From the IMG/VR virus record IMGVR_UViG_3300021425_003921: a DNA stretch of 20,000 bases, one strand, 5' to 3'. The translations under genes were made by a program, and so were the position numbers. Below, in pieces: positions 1 to 6,887 of this stretch. Under the pieces are notes generated by a model. It searched no databases. It was not told where the DNA came from and saw nothing but the letters and a program-made list of their open reading frames with translations. The first letter of the stretch is position 1. Every line of letters begins with the position of its first letter. Source of the stretch: an uncultured virus (IMG/VR IMGVR_UViG_3300021425_003921) (Duplodnaviria; Heunggongvirae; Uroviricota; Caudoviricetes).

Positions 1-76
1 CGCACGAAACAAGTTCAAGAAGAGATTCCACATAGAATCTCATCCATCATTACTTGCCGTGTAGTGTAGTGGAAAC

Positions 77-1771
77 TCACAGTTCAAACTCATCAAGGAT
101 GCCGTCGTTATCGTCGTCGGAATCCATGTAGTCTTCTACGCCATCGTTATCATGATCGAACTGTCCGGTAAGGTCGTTACCATCATTGTTCTCGAACCAA
201 TCGCTGAGTCCGTCGTTGTCGTCATCAAGGTCAGTCATGTCCCAAATACCGTCGTTATCGTGGTCGTAGCGGTAGTTTCCTACCATACCATCAACTTCAT
301 CAACATCGAGGATGTTGTCGTTGTCGTCGTCGGTGTCTACGCCATCATTGAGTCCATCGTTATCGTGGTCACGCATAGCCGAGGTTCCATTGTCGTAAAG
401 GTCTTTGTAATTGTCGATTCCATCGTTGTCGATATCAAGATCTACATTATCAGGAATGTTATCATTGTCGTGGTCGTAAATGTTGGTGTTGGGGTTGCCG
501 TCATTGACTTCCTCACGGTCGTCTATGCCGTCGCCGTCATCGTCGTCGTCTTCGGCATCATTGATACCGTCGTTGTCGTGGTCCATTGGGTTGTCGTCGA
601 GGACATCGGGGATTCCATCGTTATCGTCGTCGTTATCAATTTCGTTAGGGATGCCGTCGCCGTCGTTGTCATTGTCGCCATTCTGAGCCTGATTGTCTAA
701 CTGTTGGCCTTGTTGTTGGTCGGATTGTTGTCCTTGTTGGCCTTGTTGTCCATTTTGGGTTTGACCTTGCTGTTGCTCGTTTTGCCCATTTTGGTTTTGT
801 CCATTTTGGTCTCCGGCTTGTTGATCAGTTTGCTGACCTCCCTGTTGTCCACCTTGTTGTTGTTGGCCTTGACCATTATCTTGTTGCTGGCCTTGTTGGC
901 CTTGTTGTCCTGATTGTTGTGAACCTTGGCCTTGTTGGCCTTGTTGTCCCTGTTGGCCTTGCTGACCTTGCTGACCTTGCTGGCCTTGTTGTCCTTGTTG
1001 GCCTTGTTGTCCAGACTGTCCTTGGCCCTGTCCTTGACCTTGACCTTGGCCTTGGCCTTGGCCTTGACCCTGACCCTGACCTTGCCCCTGTCCTTGACCT
1101 TGGCCCTGCCCTTGTCCTTGTCCTTGTCCTTGTCCTTGACCTTGGCCTTGTCCCTGACCTTGACCTTGGCCTTGGCCTTGGCCTTGTCCTTGGCCTTGCC
1201 CTTGCCCTTGGCCTTGGCCCTGTCCTTGACCTTGGCCTTGACCTTCGCCTTGTCCACCTGCGTCGGATTCGCCGCCGCCTTCGGTGCCACCATCGCCGCT
1301 ACCGGCTTGGGACTCTTGGAAATCAGGGTCGTAAGCATCAGGAATGCCATCGCCATCAGAATCGGAGTATTCACCATCATTAGGATCTGTAGGGAATTGG
1401 TCCGTAGCATCGGACTTTCCATCACCGTCTGTATCAGCGTTGTTTGGATTTGTGCCCTTGGCATACTCTTGAGCGTTAGTCAATCCATCGTTATCGGGGT
1501 CGGCGTTGCCGTCGCCACCGTTAGTGGGATTGAGACCGTTGGAGACTTCCCAACCATCTGGGAGTCCATCGCCATCAGAATCAGCGTTGTTCATGTTAGT
1601 GCCTTGAGATTGTTCTTCAGCGTTGGTGAGACCATCGCCATCCCAATCGGCTCCACCGTCGGAGGGGTCGAGAGGGTCAGAACCATCGGCGGCTCCAATA
1701 CCTGCACTCATAGCGAGCATTAGGGCAGTTAAAATTGTAAGCATCGTATTTTTGAATTTATTTGTCTTCAT
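77..1771 (-). CDS. Secreted/surface Asp-rich Ca-binding repeat protein (thrombospondin type 3-like DxDxDG repeats) with central Gly/Gln low-complexity linker
   Basis: 564 aa ORF. Signal peptide (MKTNKFKN, hydrophobic core, ..IGAA). N-terminal DxDGDGLxD/NxxE..GTNPNNAD repeats, a (GQ)n/(GQQ)n tract, and C-terminal DHDNDGIxDxxDxDDDND repeats. Visibly more GC-rich than the rest of the window. Confidence 0.85.
   Translation of the reverse strand: MKTNKFKNTMLTILTALMLAMSAGIGAADGSDPLDPSDGGADWDGDGLTNAEEQSQGTNMNNADSDGDGLPDGWEVSNGLNPTNGGDGNADPDNDGLTNAQEYAKGTNPNNADTDGDGKSDATDQFPTDPNDGEYSDSDGDGIPDAYDPDFQESQAGSGDGGTEGGGESDAGGQGEGQGQGQGQGQGQGQGQGQGQGQGQGQGQGQGQGQGQGQGQGQGQGQGQGQGQGQGQGQGQGQGQGQGQGQGQGQGQSGQQGQQGQQGQQGQQGQQGQQGQQGQQGQGSQQSGQQGQQGQQQDNGQGQQQQGGQQGGQQTDQQAGDQNGQNQNGQNEQQQGQTQNGQQGQQGQQSDQQQGQQLDNQAQNGDNDNDGDGIPNEIDNDDDNDGIPDVLDDNPMDHDNDGINDAEDDDDDGDGIDDREEVNDGNPNTNIYDHDNDNIPDNVDLDIDNDGIDNYKDLYDNGTSAMRDHDNDGLNDGVDTDDDNDNILDVDEVDGMVGNYRYDHDNDGIWDMTDLDDDNDGLSDWFENNDGNDLTGQFDHDNDGVEDYMDSDDDNDGILDEFEL
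932..1255 (-). repeat. Coding tandem repeat: (Gly-Gln)38 at 1243-1016 followed by (Gly-Gln-Gln)9 at 1012-932
   Basis: 6-nt units GGN-CAR and 9-nt units GGN-CAR-CAR with mixed synonymous codons, counted in frame. Confidence 0.95.
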
Positions 1772-1783
1772 AGTAATCTTTTT

Positions 1784-1859
1784 CCTATATATAGTTATTC
1801 ATAGGGAAACCGCTTTTCCCTCTAATCTAATATTAGATGTTTTCTCCTATATATAGTTT
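1784..1859 (-). promoter_or_regulatory. Two tandem TATA-type boxes (AACTATATATAGG) separated by a hairpin and a palindrome, upstream of the repeat-protein gene
   Basis: cctatatatagtt at 1784-1796 and 1846-1858. Inverted repeat agggaaa/tttccct at 1803-1821; palindrome atctaatattagat at 1825-1838. Confidence 0.6.
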
Positions 1860-1872
1860 GTGGTGATATGTA

Positions 1873-2274
1873 TCACTCTTCAGAATCGTCAGATTCGGCA
1901 TGATGTTCACGATGACAATTAGCACACAACAATTCTAAAGTATGGATTTTGGCTTTGAGATCTTGCCAAGAATAATCGGTAATTCCTTTTTGTCTAATTA
2001 CTCCACTACCACCTTGTTGGCCCGGACGAACCAAACCCCACTTTTGTTTTAGGGTTGAATCGGTATGATGAATATCTAATCCGGCGGGGTTATCGTAGCC
2101 ACATTTTTGGCAGACACCACCCAATTGAGAATGCAACCAATCTTTCTTTTCTTGTCGGCGTTGTCTTTTATTTTTTACCGAGCGTTGAATAAACGCATCT
2201 TTGTTATTAAGATAATACTTGCGTTGATACTGCTTTTGATAGGCTTTTCGTTTAGCAGGATCTTTGAAAGGCAT
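1873..2274 (-). CDS. HNH endonuclease (zinc-binding, viral type)
   Basis: Basic N-terminal helix MPFKDPAKRKAYQKQY, then LGGVCQKCG..LDIHH...LLCANCHREHH. Start placed at 2274, after SD-like AAGGTGAT. Confidence 0.8.
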   Translation of the reverse strand: MPFKDPAKRKAYQKQYQRKYYLNNKDAFIQRSVKNKRQRRQEKKDWLHSQLGGVCQKCGYDNPAGLDIHHTDSTLKQKWGLVRPGQQGGSGVIRQKGITDYSWQDLKAKIHTLELLCANCHREHHAESDDSEE

Positions 2275-2285
2275 TATATCACCTT

Positions 2286-2603
2286 TCAAGCCATGTCTTG
2301 CTTAGTATCCTCGTCAAAATCTTCGGCAGATTCATCAATGTGAATTTCCGGGGTATCGTCGTCAGAAGTTTCTGATTCCGAAAGTTTTTCAACGGTAACT
2401 CGATAAGTGTTACCATTTCGTTTGACGGTTTTAGTAGATACTACCTTGAACTCCATTTTGGGTTCAGGTTTGGGTGCTACTTCATCCATGGCTTCTTCCA
2501 TCATGCGATAAAGATCTTGATAGAAATTGCTAAATCTTCGGCTGGTCAAAGGTCGGCTATAATAGTTACTATATCTAAAAATGTCATCCCACATAATTAT
2601 CAA
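2286..2603 (-). CDS. Hypothetical protein with acidic C-terminus
   Basis: ORF packed in operon; TATA-type box at 2628-2641. Start is TTG 2603 or ATG 2594. Confidence 0.65.
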   Translation of the reverse strand: MIIMWDDIFRYSNYYSRPLTSRRFSNFYQDLYRMMEEAMDEVAPKPEPKMEFKVVSTKTVKRNGNTYRVTVEKLSESETSDDDTPEIHIDESAEDFDEDTKQDMA

Positions 2604-2631
2604 CTAAAAAAGTTTGTAGGCGACCACCTAC

Positions 2632-3036
2632 TTATATCTTTCTTTTGTTAATAGCATCGTATCTTATTGTTAATCCAATGGCTTCCTTAATAATATTATT
2701 GGGCCAATCATTAGATTCATCAATGCCGTGTTTTAGATATATATAGGCGGGGTCCATTTGGTTCCACCCACCGGCAATGTCCACCAGTCTAAAACCAAGA
2801 TATTCATCAATTACCTCAAGTTCGGTCATCACGCTATCTTGAAAACGGTTATTAATTTTAATATTTTGCAACAACAAATCTATTCTTTGTTGGGTCCATA
2901 CTCCTTCGTCAATTTGAAAATACCAACCTTGAGAATATAATTCTCGAAGAACTTCCTTAAGCGGAGTATCATACCTCTCCCATTGTTCCAAATATTCAGC
3001 AATATTTTCTTGGGCTGTTCTAAGATCAACTATCAT
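2632..3036 (-). CDS. Hypothetical protein with C-terminal YDAINKRKI motif
   Basis: True start probably ATG 3036 after SD AAGGTGAT; the longer 3207 start overlaps the upstream ORF. 134 aa. Confidence 0.7.
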   Translation of the reverse strand: MIVDLRTAQENIAEYLEQWERYDTPLKEVLRELYSQGWYFQIDEGVWTQQRIDLLLQNIKINNRFQDSVMTELEVIDEYLGFRLVDIAGGWNQMDPAYIYLKHGIDESNDWPNNIIKEAIGLTIRYDAINKRKI

Positions 3037-3040
3037 GATA

Positions 3041-3313
3041 TCACCTTCGGTCTTTTTTGAGCATATCTCTAATTCCGGGGATTTCGAAATCGACATTAGG
3101 TGCTTTGGTAATATCGGTAGCAGGTTTGGGTGCTCCCAATTTACTATCAGAACCAATCTTTTGACCACCTTTACCGGGGCGGGTGGCTTCATAATGGGCA
3201 TTAACAATATCTTGGGCAGTTAGGTTGGGTTGTAGTTGTGGTTTAACGCTGGAAGACATGATTTTATGTTTTTCTGCTTCCATAGCCTTTAAAATATCTT
3301 CTTTAGTAGTCAT
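3041..3313 (-). CDS. Hypothetical protein (90 aa)
   Basis: SD GAGGTGA upstream; overlaps the stop of the preceding gene. Confidence 0.7.
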   Translation of the reverse strand: MTTKEDILKAMEAEKHKIMSSSVKPQLQPNLTAQDIVNAHYEATRPGKGGQKIGSDSKLGAPKPATDITKAPNVDFEIPGIRDMLKKDRR

Positions 3314-3653
3314 GTGCTTTCACCTCGAATAAATATGCAGTCGTAAGATAACGATCTCCTTTTTTGCCTCGGTAGCGTTGAAAACTAAGAATTTGTTCTC
3401 TTGGGTCACCACCATCATAAAGAAACTTTTGCAAAAAGGAATCGGTCAATTCATTTAGGTAGGTCTTTACTTTAACCATGTCATAATCTTCAGGAAGTGA
3501 AAATTGCTCTATTTGCCAAGCCACAAAATCATCAGCGTGTTTTTGGGTTAAAATAACTCGAAGATTCAAAATTGGACCTTCATATTGATTTTGACCAATA
3601 TCTACCCATAACCAATATCGATCGGGTTGTCGTAGCCAATTAATTAGATTCAT
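3303..3653 (-). CDS. Hypothetical protein, N-terminal LINWLR family
   Basis: Begins MNLINWLRQ; ATGA overlap with the upstream gene. Confidence 0.75.
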   Translation of the reverse strand: MNLINWLRQPDRYWLWVDIGQNQYEGPILNLRVILTQKHADDFVAWQIEQFSLPEDYDMVKVKTYLNELTDSFLQKFLYDGGDPREQILSFQRYRGKKGDRYLTTAYLFEVKAHDY

Positions 3654-4069
3654 GATTTGACAACTCCGGTATTAAAAGCAAAATATTGGTCATCAGAACA
3701 AACAAAACTAATTTGTTCAGTTTCTCCTAATAAAATTTGTTGAAATAGTTTTTCTAAAATGGTTTGAACCTCTCCTGTTGTGGAAAGATAATTTTGTTCA
3801 TCCGAATCCATATTTTGATATGTTTCTGCCCACAAAGGACTGCGAGCATCAATTTGTGGCCTCCATTTTAATTCTAATATTCTACAATCACCGGTATTCC
3901 AATAATCGATAAGATATGACCAATTCGATAAAACTTTTTGATAAACTTCTCGTGAATAAAATTTAACGGTCAAATCTTGGTCATAAGATCCGTAAGAAGC
4001 CGTAAAAAAGGTTTCAGATTGACGGTGGCGAGATGGAGAATCTCGAATCCAATTAATGATTTCAGACAT
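3650..4069 (-). CDS. Hypothetical protein, N-terminal IINWIR family
   Basis: Begins MSEIINWIRD; TAATG overlap at 4067-4071 supports start 4069. Shares QDLTV with the upstream gene. Confidence 0.75.
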   Translation of the reverse strand: MSEIINWIRDSPSRHRQSETFFTASYGSYDQDLTVKFYSREVYQKVLSNWSYLIDYWNTGDCRILELKWRPQIDARSPLWAETYQNMDSDEQNYLSTTGEVQTILEKLFQQILLGETEQISFVCSDDQYFAFNTGVVKS

Positions 4070-4467
4070 TAGTTCCAACTCCCAATAGTATTGGTTGAAT
4101 CAAGACGATAAGTAGCATATTTCAAATCGTCAATATCATCGCCTGAACTCATACTAATATTTACAATATCAAAATTCTCTTGGGCTAAAAGAGTATCTCG
4201 CAAGGCAAAAACATAACTATAATCCTCATGATAAGAGTCTCTGCCTGTTCCAATCCTTATAGAAAGATGTTCAGTGTGGCCGTCAAGAAGATAATCGTTA
4301 TCTACCTCAAAAAAATCCATAACTTTTTCAATAAGACTTTTCCAAGTGTCTTGGACATTTGTAACTTGAACTAATGAAACCGTGAGATCTTGATTCCCAG
4401 CATCATAATTAGAAGAAGTCAATATCCAAATAGGTTTTCGGTCATGGAGCCAATTAATGATTTCCAT
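4069..4467 (-). CDS. Hypothetical protein, N-terminal IINWLH family
   Basis: Begins MEIINWLHD; ATG 4467 lies 22 nt from the TATA-type box. Confidence 0.75.
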   Translation of the reverse strand: MEIINWLHDRKPIWILTSSNYDAGNQDLTVSLVQVTNVQDTWKSLIEKVMDFFEVDNDYLLDGHTEHLSIRIGTGRDSYHEDYSYVFALRDTLLAQENFDIVNISMSSGDDIDDLKYATYRLDSTNTIGSWN

Positions 4468-4488
4468 AAGTGTATCTATGATACACAA

Positions 4489-4502
4489 CTACTTATAGTT
4501 TT
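4489..4502 (-). promoter_or_regulatory. TATA-type promoter AAAACTATAAGTAG
   Basis: Terminal G is 22 nt before ATG 4467. Spacer has gtgtatc-3nt-gatacac inverted repeat (4470-4486). Confidence 0.7.
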
Positions 4503-5653
4503 CACTCGTAATTACGAATCGTTAATCCCACAGGGAATCGAGGAATTCCTGCAGAAGTGTAGTCTTGGAACTTCACCGTTAATTTTTTGCCCACATATTT
4601 TTTGCCATCTTTGAGTAATTTGGCTCTCTCGGCACGAGTGCCTTTAGGACGAACCGTAAAGCGTTTCTTGGTTTTGGGAACTTCACAAGTCCAAATAACA
4701 GTTCCGGCATCATTGCCTTTTCCTTCCTGATAACCTACAATTTTAAATTCGGCATCATCGAATTTTTTATATTTTTGAAGATTATAAGAACGCTTTCCTT
4801 CGTAGGGGCTGGCAACATTTCGAATCATAACTCCTTCGTATCCAGCCTGTAGATTTTTAGTAAGAAGAGTTTCAATATCTTGAAGATTTTTAACTTGATA
4901 AATTGGAACCATAGTTAATCGCTTAGAAGTATCTTTTTTAACCAATTTGGTGGCTTCTGCATATCTCTTAGCAAAGGTTTTTCCGGGGTCTTTGGTATCG
5001 ATTAGATCGAAAACATTAAGTTTTACTTTTTTAGAATCGGCCACATCTTGAGGCTTTAATTTTTGCTTTCTTACTAAGCCTACAACTCGTTGAAAGTTTT
5101 CGGCTTGGTCTTTTCCAAGTTCGGTAGAATATAATTCTCCATCCAAAATAATGCCTTCGGGGAGTTTAATCTTTTTAAGAGCATCTCTGATTCCAGGAAG
5201 TTCTGGGAAGGGTTTATTGTTTCGAGACAGTAAAATAACATTACCTTTATGAATTTGAGCCAAACATCGAACACCATCTAATTTGGGTTGGGCAATAGCA
5301 GGCAATTGAATTTTTTTAGCGTGTTTTTCGTAGTTTTGAGCCAACATGGCTTTAACTCTAATAGATCCGACAGCACCCTTTCCAGAAGTATTGGTGGTAT
5401 AACCAGCATCCTTTTTCTTGGTGATTAAAGAATCAAATTGTGATTTGGATTGTTCTGCAAGTGAACGACCGGCTTTGCCTTTAGTGATTACCACTCCTTT
5501 GGTAGTAACCATTTTTCCTCCCTTGACACCGGTAGAAACTTTAATAACATGGTTGGAACCAACTTGTTCAACCCACCCTTTCCAATGACGGATTTTTCCA
5601 GTAGTATCAATTTTATAAAGATTGGTGGGGCCCAAAACAATAATGTTTGCCAT
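4502..5653 (-). CDS. lig: ATP-dependent DNA ligase (viral type)
   Basis: Motif I QPKLDGVR, III LDGELY, IIIa VFDL, IV EGVMIR, V KYKKFDDAEF, VI PRFP. N-terminal LYKxxxxGKIRHW domain. Start 5653 fixed by promoter spacing. Confidence 0.95.
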   Translation of the reverse strand: MANIIVLGPTNLYKIDTTGKIRHWKGWVEQVGSNHVIKVSTGVKGGKMVTTKGVVITKGKAGRSLAEQSKSQFDSLITKKKDAGYTTNTSGKGAVGSIRVKAMLAQNYEKHAKKIQLPAIAQPKLDGVRCLAQIHKGNVILLSRNNKPFPELPGIRDALKKIKLPEGIILDGELYSTELGKDQAENFQRVVGLVRKQKLKPQDVADSKKVKLNVFDLIDTKDPGKTFAKRYAEATKLVKKDTSKRLTMVPIYQVKNLQDIETLLTKNLQAGYEGVMIRNVASPYEGKRSYNLQKYKKFDDAEFKIVGYQEGKGNDAGTVIWTCEVPKTKKRFTVRPKGTRAERAKLLKDGKKYVGKKLTVKFQDYTSAGIPRFPVGLTIRNYE

Positions 5654-5674
5654 AATATTTATTAGGGGTATCAT

Positions 5675-5687
5675 CTATATAAAGTTT
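5675..5687 (-). promoter_or_regulatory. TATA-type promoter AAACTTTATATAG
   Basis: Terminal G is 22 nt before ATG 5653. Confidence 0.7.
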
Positions 5688-6021
5688 ACGGAGTTTTTCT
5701 TTTTAGATCTAATTCACAAACGGTGCAAATTAAACGAGCCTCTGAAGTGTGAGTTCTAATTTTATCCCATGATTGATCTTCTACAGGCATAGGTAACACA
5801 GATTCATCAAGAGATCTAATTCGTAGATATTGCCAAATAGTTGAATTACAATGTGGACAAGCCCCACCTAAAGCCGAAACTAACCAATCGTGTTTTTCTT
5901 GACGAAGTGATTTTTTATTGGCTTTAGCCCGAGGTTTGATATCTTCAGCATTGGCACGATAATATTTTTTATTATATTGAGCCATATATTGCTTCTTCTT
6001 TTCGGGATTGGAATAGGGCAT
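5686..6021 (-). CDS. HNH-fold zinc-binding protein, probably catalytically inactive paralog of 1873-2274
   Basis: MPYSNPEKKKQY...DWLVSALGGACPHC...SWDKI...LICTVC aligns by eye with the first HNH; the catalytic HH is replaced by RS. Confidence 0.7.
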   Translation of the reverse strand: MPYSNPEKKKQYMAQYNKKYYRANAEDIKPRAKANKKSLRQEKHDWLVSALGGACPHCNSTIWQYLRIRSLDESVLPMPVEDQSWDKIRTHTSEARLICTVCELDLKRKTP

Positions 6022-6042
6022 AAGATGATTTTATCATCTCGA

Positions 6043-6055
6043 CTATATATATTTT
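6043..6055 (-). promoter_or_regulatory. TATA-type promoter AAAATATATATAG
   Basis: 22 nt before ATG 6021. Spacer has agatgat-3nt-atcatct inverted repeat (6023-6039). Confidence 0.7.
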
Positions 6056-6067
6056 GTCTTCAAGACC

Positions 6068-6382
6068 CTACATCATGTTTTGCAAAAAGGCTAAAAATCC
6101 TGGAACGGCGGCTACTAATAAAGCCCACCAACGATTTAGTTTTCGATCGGCCTCAGCCACCTTTTCTTCGATAACTGCCAACCGGGTAGTTAGCGGGGGT
6201 TGTCCGTTACCATCACGGACGGTTTTCAATAATCCGGAAAGGTCTTCTTTGAGATCTCCAACCGTGTGTTCTAAATTACTAAGAGAATGAGAATAAGAAT
6301 CAGAATCGGCAATAAAACCTTGCATCATATCTGCAAAGTCACGAAGGGCTTCTTCAACTCCGATTAAATCATCACGAGGCAT
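6068..6382 (-). CDS. Coiled-coil protein with one C-terminal transmembrane helix (XhlA/holin-like architecture)
   Basis: Heptad-like region followed by RWWALLVAAVPGFLAFL; SD AAGGAGTGA upstream. Function is inference. Confidence 0.6.
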   Translation of the reverse strand: MPRDDLIGVEEALRDFADMMQGFIADSDSYSHSLSNLEHTVGDLKEDLSGLLKTVRDGNGQPPLTTRLAVIEEKVAEADRKLNRWWALLVAAVPGFLAFLQNMM

Positions 6383-6387
6383 TTAAT

Positions 6388-6534
6388 TCACTCCTTAAGA
6401 AAACGAAGTGATTTAGCAAGTAAAACTTGGGCACAATGATTCAAATGTTGCAATCGATGAGCAACATTATTACAATGAACTTGCGTCATAATGGCGGAGT
6501 GTTCGGCTTTTTGAACTGCTAATTCAAACTCCAT
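6388..6534 (-). CDS. Small hypothetical protein (48 aa, not in ORF track)
   Basis: MEFELAVQKAEHSAIMTQVHCNNVAHRLQHLNHCAQVLLAKSLRFLKE. ATG is 22 nt from the TATA box at 6556-6568 and the ORF fills the gap. Confidence 0.6.
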   Translation of the reverse strand: MEFELAVQKAEHSAIMTQVHCNNVAHRLQHLNHCAQVLLAKSLRFLKE

Positions 6535-6555
6535 GGACTGATTTTATCAGCCTTG

Positions 6556-6568
6556 CTATATATAGTTT
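6556..6568 (-). promoter_or_regulatory. TATA-type promoter AAACTATATATAG
   Basis: 22 nt before ATG 6534. Spacer hairpin GGCTGAT-AAA-ATCAGTC. Confidence 0.7.
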
Positions 6569-6575
6569 AGGGTTA

Positions 6576-6830
6576 TTAATAACCATTTCGCTTTAATCCC
6601 CATAGATTGACTTGATGGCTACGAGTTCGGCTAAGAGAACTGGTATCTACTTTATCTAATAACACAAATTCTGAATTGCCTCGCAAGGCAAAGGTAATTT
6701 CCCGGGGTGTGGGAACATGGCGGCGACCGGAAGTAACAATGGCTTGTCGAATTTGTTCAGCAGTAGCGGGATGTCGAGCCAAAAGGGTTTTGGCATGATC
6801 GATGATTACTTGTTGTTTTGAGCGGCCCAT
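6576..6830 (-). CDS. Small basic protein, putative winged-helix DNA-binding; paralog of 10902-11141
   Basis: TAEQIRQAIVTSGRRHVPTPREITFALRGNSEF vs TAQTMIDRLFDVGRREIPPKRSLSALMKQDPDF. Confidence 0.6.
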   Translation of the reverse strand: MGRSKQQVIIDHAKTLLARHPATAEQIRQAIVTSGRRHVPTPREITFALRGNSEFVLLDKVDTSSLSRTRSHQVNLWGLKRNGY

Positions 6831-6851
6831 ATAATCCTTTGGGATATACTA

Positions 6852-6865
6852 CTATTTGTAGGTTT
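6852..6865 (-). promoter_or_regulatory. TATA-type promoter variant AAACCTACAAATAG
   Basis: 22 nt before ATG 6830. Confidence 0.55.
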
Positions 6866-6887
6866 CGGTTATACCAAACAAGGCAAT

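Noticed and set aside
1..76. Start of another minus-strand gene and a short gtagt repeat
   Set aside because: Too little sequence to support a call.
932..1255. Tandem repeat as CRISPR array or collagen
   Set aside because: No unique spacers; the main period is two residues and there are only nine Gly-X-Y triplets, with no Pro.
152..1856. Long alternative-frame and antisense ORFs (152-700, 697-1464, 919-1383, 926-1723 and others)
   Set aside because: Shadows of the stop-poor repeat gene; they encode low-complexity V/L/A or K/A runs and have no promoter or SD support.
1771..1873. Provirus attachment site at the GC shift
   Set aside because: No integrase, tRNA or att repeat in the window, and the gene uses the same promoter motif as the rest; left open in findings.
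2286..2603. Small heat-shock protein
   Set aside because: N-terminus is vaguely sHSP-like but no alpha-crystallin domain is recognisable.
3037..3207. N-terminal extension of ORF 2632-3207
   Set aside because: Overlaps 3041-3313; a strong SD precedes ATG 3036.
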